From NCBI GenBank assembly GCA_022572355.1, contig JACZWC010000018.1, forward strand, positions 79-64,078: 64,000 bases of DNA, written 5' to 3'. Positions 58,447 through 64,000 of the stretch are shown here, in pieces. How positions within the stretch are numbered: position 1 is the first letter of the stretch; each line of letters opens with the position of its first letter. The notes under the pieces were generated by a model, which ran no database searches, was not told the DNA's origin, and was given only the letters and a program-made list of their open reading frames with translations. The position numbers were made by a program, and so were the translations under genes. The stretch comes from Bacteroidota bacterium (GTDB lineage: Bacteria > Bacteroidota > Bacteroidia > NORP154).

Positions 58447-58695
58447 ATGATTGTAGATATTGATAAACAGATATCATTTGACATAATTGAGGCACATGCC
58501 ACTTCGCTGGATACTCAAAAAATGCTGAGGGCTGGTGTGATTGCTAATGATTGTGATTATCTGGCAGTTCACATAGAGAACCATCCGGATTTTGATAAGG
58601 TAATCGTGAAACTGGACCGCGGTTATTTGGAGTACATTACACTCCCTACTGAAGTGTTTAACAAACTTCCCAGGTACGAGTATATAGATAAGTAG
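58447..58695 (+). CDS. Small hypothetical protein (82 aa)
   Basis: ORF with ordinary composition in an otherwise empty 500-nt gap. No family recognised. Confidence 0.4.
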   Translation: MIVDIDKQISFDIIEAHATSLDTQKMLRAGVIANDCDYLAVHIENHPDFDKVIVKLDRGYLEYITLPTEVFNKLPRYEYIDK

Positions 58696-58712
58696 ACTGG
58701 AGCTGTACCTCT

Positions 58713-59129
58713 TTAGCCATCTAGAACTACTGGTTCAGTTAATTCTTGCCTGATATTTTCCTCTTTCTTAGATCCCTTGAGTTTGTAAACAATCCAGCCA
58801 GCCAGGTTTACAAACGCCATTGATACATAATGGGGCACAAAAAATATCCCTTCATAAATGCCTCCAATCACTTTTCCATATTTCTCAGTGTAAGCCTTGC
58901 CGATGTAAGATTTTTTCCACCAATGTTTTGTGAGTTTTCCTTCCTTCCCCTCCTCAAAGACCTCCCGGCAAGTTGTATAAACGCATTTCATATGATCACC
59001 TGGAGAACAGTGATCCACGTCTGCGTATTTTCCATTGTGAATCAACGCCTTATTCTCTGTTTGCGCATACCCAAACAGTACAATTAAAATAAAAGTCATA
59101 AGAAAAATAGCCTTCTTTGCTAATCTCAT
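58713..59129 (-). CDS. Small secreted or membrane-anchored hypothetical protein
   Basis: The internal ATG gives MRLAKKAIFLMTFILIVLFGYAQ, a signal peptide. There is a C-terminal hydrophobic helix. Confidence 0.5.
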   Translation of the reverse strand: MRLAKKAIFLMTFILIVLFGYAQTENKALIHNGKYADVDHCSPGDHMKCVYTTCREVFEEGKEGKLTKHWWKKSYIGKAYTEKYGKVIGGIYEGIFFVPHYVSMAFVNLAGWIVYKLKGSKKEENIRQELTEPVVLDG

Positions 59130-59216
59130 GATACGAAGTTTAACGTAGCTTATTTGAAGATTTGTCAGCTTCGGCACAACTATTTACAATAGCAATTGAA
59201 GTCTCTGTAATTTCAG

Positions 59217-62129
59217 TTATTTTAAAACGGTAACATGACCGATTGCTGTATGCAATTTTCCGTCCAAATCACTCACCAGCGCTAACCAAACGTAAACCTC
59301 TTGTTGCGCGGTCTTTTTGCCATACTCATCCTTACCGTCCCATCCAGCACCATTCTCTGAATGAAAGATCATTTCACCCCAGCGATTATAGATCCAAAAA
59401 TTCGTTTTCTCCCATGTAATACCAATACCCGTAATTCTAAAAAGATCATTAATACGGTCCGCATTAGGCGTAAAACTATTGGGAAGAAAGAATATAAAAT
59501 CTCCTTTCAGGGTGACATATTTGGTGATGCTATCCACGCAACCAAAATTTGTGCATATCCAGAGTTCAATCGGGAAAGTACCCGTATCTGCTTGGGGAAA
59601 TGTAAATGAAGGATTGGGAAGAATTGACGAGTCCAACCCTGCAAAGTCCCAACTCCAGCAATCCGCTCCCGCACTTTGATCAGTAAATTCAAATGTCGGT
59701 GTAAAAATACTCGTCACCCAGGGATCCGCAATGAAATCAGCAGTAGGTATTGGATAGACGTTGATATAATTTGATTTTGTTAGTGAATCTGTACATCCAT
59801 TCATTCCGGTTACAATCAATTTCACAGTATAAGCTCCAGCATTGTCATAAGTATTGGTAAACGGTGTGCAACCGGTATGAACGCTGTCGCCAACATCCCA
59901 AATACAAAGTTGACTTCCAACTGTTCCATCCGTAAATTCAACCGTAAGCGGCTCACAGCCGTCGAGTACATCCGCCGAAAACATCACATTGGGCAACGGA
60001 TTCACAACAACGCTAAAAGAGATATTGGTAACACATCCATTGGCATCCGTAACAACGACATCATAGGTAGTATTTGTTGTCGGAGACAAAGTATTACTTG
60101 CCACAGGATTAGCGACGGGCAGCCATGCATAACTATAAGCCACTGTTCCGCCGGAAACTGTAACTGTGAGCAATGTACTCTCTCCATCGCAGATAGGACT
60201 TGTTCCCGCCATACTTGCGATCAGCGTCGCTGGAGCAGTGAGCGTAACATCTACCGAATCCCTGCACCCATTGGTGTCTTCAACAGCTACCGTATATTGA
60301 ATACCGCCTGACAAACCTGTTTCAGTGGTCGAAGTGCCTCCTGAGGGTATCCACAAGTACGAATAGCCGGGAGTGCCTCCACTCACAGCTACAGAAGCTG
60401 AACCATCTGTTGAAATATCACAGGTAGGATCGATTGGGGTTGTGATCACAGCTACCAATGCCGACGGATTAATAAGGGTAATGGTATCGGACGCAACGCA
60501 TCCCATAGAATCTACTACAGTGATTGTGTATAAAACTGCTGCCAGCAGATTTGTTCCGGTTGTGTCATTGCCTCCCGTTGGCGTCCAGGTATAACTGTAA
60601 GAGCCTGTTCCTCCACCTGCTGTAACCGTGGCGGTTCCAAATCCGGATGAACCACAAGATGGGTTTACAAAGGAAGTAATGCTGGCCGTTATCGGGGCCG
60701 GGTCATACAAAGTGATCGTATCTGCCCCTGCACAGCCAAGGCTGTCGAGAACGGTTACCGAGTACAAAACTCCACCCAGAAGGTTTATACCAACAGAACT
60801 ACCTCCTCCTGATGGCGACCAGGAATACGTATACGGCGTTGTTCCTCCTACCACCGTTGCAACAGCACTTCCATCTGCCGCCCCATTACAAGTGGGGTTC
60901 GTAAATGCTGGAATATCAACAGTTAGGTTGTTGGAAGTACCCATCGTCAATGCCGCATAGCAGGTATCAAAGTTGCTGTCGATTACCGTAACAACGTATC
61001 CCATACCGCCACACAACCCTGTTGCTGTGCTGGAAGTTCCGCCCGATGGAGCCCATGAATAAGTATAGGGAGGTACGCCATCAGTTAAACTAACTGTAGC
61101 CGTTCCATTGCATCCACCCCCGCAAGTAGGATCAACGAAGCTAGAAATGTATGCTCCACATCCACAAATTGTTGGAGCAATGTTTACCGTGTCAGTCTCT
61201 ACCACAGTAGCACCATTGCAGTTGGTATAAGTTACTTGTACAATATAATCAGTTGTGTCTGTAGGGCATACATTAACCGTTGCACCAGTGCCAACTAAAG
61301 TGGATCCGTCATACCATTCAACAACATAATTGGGTGAGCCGTTGGGAGTAAAACGCCATGCCTCATTGGAGGTTGACCAGGATCCTGTATTTCTCCCTGG
61401 AGGGGTGATACCCGCTGAGCCATTTGCATTTTGCAGTCCGATAACTGCATTCCCGCTGTTCCAGGAGTTACAGGTGGGCTTATCGTCAATATACACTTCG
61501 ATAACATTGGTCGTCTCGTACAACACAATTTGTTGTGTCGTTTTCAGATTATTGCAACTGTAATGAGGAACATCATAGAAATTAAGCACCATAGTTCGAC
61601 AAGGCGCCGTTCCCAAGACTGCAAAATTGATATTACCACCCACTGCTGGGTCGATATCGTGATATGCTCCATTGATCGAATTGTTGTAAATCCCTCCAGA
61701 AGGCGGCCCTGGAGTAGGAATAGTAGCCGAAAAAGACCATTCACAATATGCACTCGCATTGGTCAAATCGAAGGAGATCAGGCCATTAGTGCCAACTATC
61801 ATAGAAGTATATGAACTTCCATAAAAACAAAAGGTAAATGGAAGGCTAAGGGTGCTAGACCAAATATCATCAATGCCAATAAATATCTGCGTTCCTCCGG
61901 TAAAAGAGTAAGGCGGTGCATAAGGGATAGGATCTACCAGGTAGGAGGAAGTCTGTCCGGTTTCAAGAAATGTAGCGGAAATATCAGTGCAGGTAGTCTG
62001 ACAGGATAAAACGGTATCCGGGCCGGCTGTAACGTTTGGGCATCCGGGAGCTTGAGCCCTGGTACTGGAACTGGTAGCCAGAGACATTATTAGCGCGACA
62101 GTAGCAACGAAATACTTTACTCTGGACAT
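59217..62129 (-). CDS. T9SS cargo with SprB repeats, PKD domains and a type B C-terminal sorting domain
   Basis: Signal peptide after the ATG at 62129. Repeats C.G..DG.A.....GGT.PY.Y.W occur 4-5 times. C-terminal FFLPNSFTPNADRINDLF...YNRWGEMIFHS...GWDG. Confidence 0.85.
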   Translation of the reverse strand: MSRVKYFVATVALIMSLATSSSTRAQAPGCPNVTAGPDTVLSCQTTCTDISATFLETGQTSSYLVDPIPYAPPYSFTGGTQIFIGIDDIWSSTLSLPFTFCFYGSSYTSMIVGTNGLISFDLTNASAYCEWSFSATIPTPGPPSGGIYNNSINGAYHDIDPAVGGNINFAVLGTAPCRTMVLNFYDVPHYSCNNLKTTQQIVLYETTNVIEVYIDDKPTCNSWNSGNAVIGLQNANGSAGITPPGRNTGSWSTSNEAWRFTPNGSPNYVVEWYDGSTLVGTGATVNVCPTDTTDYIVQVTYTNCNGATVVETDTVNIAPTICGCGAYISSFVDPTCGGGCNGTATVSLTDGVPPYTYSWAPSGGTSSTATGLCGGMGYVVTVIDSNFDTCYAALTMGTSNNLTVDIPAFTNPTCNGAADGSAVATVVGGTTPYTYSWSPSGGGSSVGINLLGGVLYSVTVLDSLGCAGADTITLYDPAPITASITSFVNPSCGSSGFGTATVTAGGGTGSYSYTWTPTGGNDTTGTNLLAAVLYTITVVDSMGCVASDTITLINPSALVAVITTPIDPTCDISTDGSASVAVSGGTPGYSYLWIPSGGTSTTETGLSGGIQYTVAVEDTNGCRDSVDVTLTAPATLIASMAGTSPICDGESTLLTVTVSGGTVAYSYAWLPVANPVASNTLSPTTNTTYDVVVTDANGCVTNISFSVVVNPLPNVMFSADVLDGCEPLTVEFTDGTVGSQLCIWDVGDSVHTGCTPFTNTYDNAGAYTVKLIVTGMNGCTDSLTKSNYINVYPIPTADFIADPWVTSIFTPTFEFTDQSAGADCWSWDFAGLDSSILPNPSFTFPQADTGTFPIELWICTNFGCVDSITKYVTLKGDFIFFLPNSFTPNADRINDLFRITGIGITWEKTNFWIYNRWGEMIFHSENGAGWDGKDEYGKKTAQQEVYVWLALVSDLDGKLHTAIGHVTVLK

Positions 62130-62321
62130 ATAAGGTGGTCTTAGCAGGTTATGTAGCAACCCTTCCCCCAAGTCAGCCGGTTATTCCTAAAAATCCACTG
62201 GATTCCCTACAAAACCTGTTATAAAGGTAGTCAATTTTGGGCAGATAAGGAATGACGATCACCGCTGATTTCAGTGCTTATCAATCTCTTAATTTTAAAG
62301 TAATATAAACCGCTGGGTCTC

Positions 62322-63836
62322 TTAAGGAAATAGCCTTCCATACCAGCGGGGAAAAGGGATACTTTCTCTCACATGGGGAAGTTTGCATATCCAGCAGACA
62401 AGTCGCTCAAGGCCCAATCCGAATCCCGCGTGGGGCACAGACCCATACCTTCTCAGGTCGAGGTACCATTCAAATTCTTTCATGGGCAATTTGTGCTCCT
62501 TAATCTTCTCTGTTAAAAGTGCTTGATCCGTTTCTCGTTCCCCTCCTCCAACAATTTCGCCATAACCTTCCGGCGCCAATACATCTACACCCTTAGCCAA
62601 TTCCGGATTGTCCGCATCCCGTTTCATGTAAAAAGCCTTTATTGCATGTGGCCAGTTGTAAACCATAATGGGAGAATCATAGAGCCTGGTCAAGACAGTT
62701 TCATCAGATCCTCCAAAGTCATTTCCATGTTTAAACTCCTTTGCTGATTTTATCCATTGCGGAATATTTCTTAGATCTTCCTCCAAATCTTTTATCTCAT
62801 TTTTTAACTGATCGATCTTATTTTGATTGAAATTCCGCTCACCTTTTTTGATACCAGGAGTTGCTATTTTCTCTTCCCGCTCACCGATCTCTTTTTTAAT
62901 CTCATCAATGCGAGCTTCGGCATTTTTCTGATCATTTTCCAATGTCTCAATTGCATTCTCCCCATTTACATCGGCTTCTCCCCGCAGCACAGCTACTGCT
63001 TCGTCATAAGTTAAGCGCGGGAATTTTTTCATGGCATTTTCAAGTTTTGTCGTATCGCGCTCAATGATCTCGAATTCAGCTTTGCAATTATCCAATACAT
63101 CCCTGAGGATACTCTTCATCATGGACTCAATTAAATCCATGTTCATATCATTGTCATAGAAGGCCATTTCCGGTTCTATCATCCAAAATTCTGTCAGGTG
63201 CCTACGTGTTCTGGACTTTTCAGCCCTGAAAGTTGGCCCGAATGTGTAGATCTTGCCCATGGCCATTGCCATGGCCTCACCATAAAGCTGACCCGACTGA
63301 GTCAGATAGGCGGTTTGGTCAAAATATTCAGTTTCAAAAAGGTCACTTGTACCCTCGCAAACATTCCCTGTAAAAATAGGTGCATCCATTTGCACAAATT
63401 CCTCCTTTTGAAAGAAGTTATGGATTGCATATATGATCTGATTGCGAATTCTCATGATGGCCCACTGCCTTTTCGATCGCAACCACAAATGCCGCTTGTC
63501 GGTAAGAAAATCTACGCCGTGGGCCTTCTTGGATATAGGATATTCCTCAGCAATCGATATCACCTTTAAGTCTGAAACTTGCAATTCAAATCCACCAACC
63601 TGGCGTTCATCCGCTACAACTTTACCACTTACTTCTATGGAAGATTCCATGGTTAATGAATTCGCATCTGAAAACACCTGAGAATCCACCTCCCCTTCGT
63701 TGACAACGCATTGAGCAAAACCGGAACCATCTCTTAGGACAATAAAAACCAATCCCTTGCCGGTTCGCTTATTCGATACCCAACCTTTAGCAGTTACCTG
63801 CTTTCCTTCTTTACTGAAAAAATCTTTAATTTGCAT
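62322..63836 (-). CDS. asnS: Asparaginyl-tRNA synthetase with a charged coiled-coil insertion
   Basis: LVFIVLRDGSGFAQCVV OB-fold, FRAEKSRTRRHLTEFWMIEPEMAF motif 2, and GGGERE...HAGFGLGLERL motif 3. An insertion of about 45 aa contains NAEARIDEIKKEIGEREEKI. Confidence 0.9.
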   Translation of the reverse strand: MQIKDFFSKEGKQVTAKGWVSNKRTGKGLVFIVLRDGSGFAQCVVNEGEVDSQVFSDANSLTMESSIEVSGKVVADERQVGGFELQVSDLKVISIAEEYPISKKAHGVDFLTDKRHLWLRSKRQWAIMRIRNQIIYAIHNFFQKEEFVQMDAPIFTGNVCEGTSDLFETEYFDQTAYLTQSGQLYGEAMAMAMGKIYTFGPTFRAEKSRTRRHLTEFWMIEPEMAFYDNDMNMDLIESMMKSILRDVLDNCKAEFEIIERDTTKLENAMKKFPRLTYDEAVAVLRGEADVNGENAIETLENDQKNAEARIDEIKKEIGEREEKIATPGIKKGERNFNQNKIDQLKNEIKDLEEDLRNIPQWIKSAKEFKHGNDFGGSDETVLTRLYDSPIMVYNWPHAIKAFYMKRDADNPELAKGVDVLAPEGYGEIVGGGERETDQALLTEKIKEHKLPMKEFEWYLDLRRYGSVPHAGFGLGLERLVCWICKLPHVRESIPFPRWYGRLFP

Positions 63837-63874
63837 AGTGAAGTTGCGCACCCATATTGGGCTAAATCAGTTTG

Positions 63875-63882
63875 CAAAGCTA
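63875..63882 (-). promoter_or_regulatory. -7 promoter box (minus strand TAGCTTTG) for asnS
   Basis: Plus-strand CAAAGCTA lies about 39 nt upstream of the ATG at 63836. Confidence 0.45.
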
Positions 63883-64000
63883 TCAAAATAATTGCTGATC
63901 ATATCACTACAATTATAACAATTTCATCCTTTGGCCAACCCATCAGTTACCAAGATAAAAGCACCGATCTTAGCGGAAATAGAAGCTTTTGAGCCGAAGT

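Noticed and set aside
58204-58502. Two overlapping 64-66-aa ORFs in the typA upstream region
   Set aside because: They overlap each other on opposite strands in an AT-rich promoter region that contains the typA -7 box and the 20-bp dyad. There is no coding signature.

Overview
This window looks like a chromosomal core region of a Bacteroidota genome. The evidence is TAnnTTTG-type promoter boxes, T9SS type A and type B C-terminal sorting domains, SprB/PKD adhesins, a PorP/SprF gene and an atp operon without atpDC. I saw no transposase, integrase, CRISPR array or rRNA. About 70% is co-directional housekeeping: proS, nif3 plus a COG1579 zinc-ribbon gene, pepN, rnhA, atpZ-atpBEFH-(inserted gene)-atpAG, accCB-fabH-plsX-rpmF-DUF177, pdxA, pepA, an Mqn-type radical SAM gene, a DUF2723 membrane protein, ppk1, typA-deaD and asnS. 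The accessory content is three large T9SS cargo adhesins (1144, about 2288 and about 970 aa), one of them followed by a PorP/SprF partner. The candidates I rate most worth follow-up are listed here, and none is proven.
1. A GC-rich, hairpin-dense element of about 190 nt lies between a promoter and tRNA-Gln(UUG). It carries collinear copies of tRNA positions 1-23.
2. An extreme Tyr/Gly/His/Ser-Pro-Arg low-complexity lipoprotein is coupled to a FadL/PorV-like outer-membrane barrel.
3. An HD domain fused to a Pycsar-effector-like transmembrane module sits in an apparent operon with ppk1.
4. A class III cyclase-STAND ATPase-TPR protein has non-canonical substrate-specifying residues.
5. A signal-peptide-bearing domain with PI3/4-kinase-like DRHxDQ and DRDFAF motifs is fused to an Omp85-type barrel, divergent from a PAP2 phosphatase.
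6. A four-helix-bundle (23S rRNA IVS-type) gene with a heptamer tandem repeat is inserted inside the atp operon.
7. rnhA has a catalytic N-terminus that lies upstream of any canonical start codon.
All family assignments come from motif recognition by eye and need HMM or BLAST confirmation.
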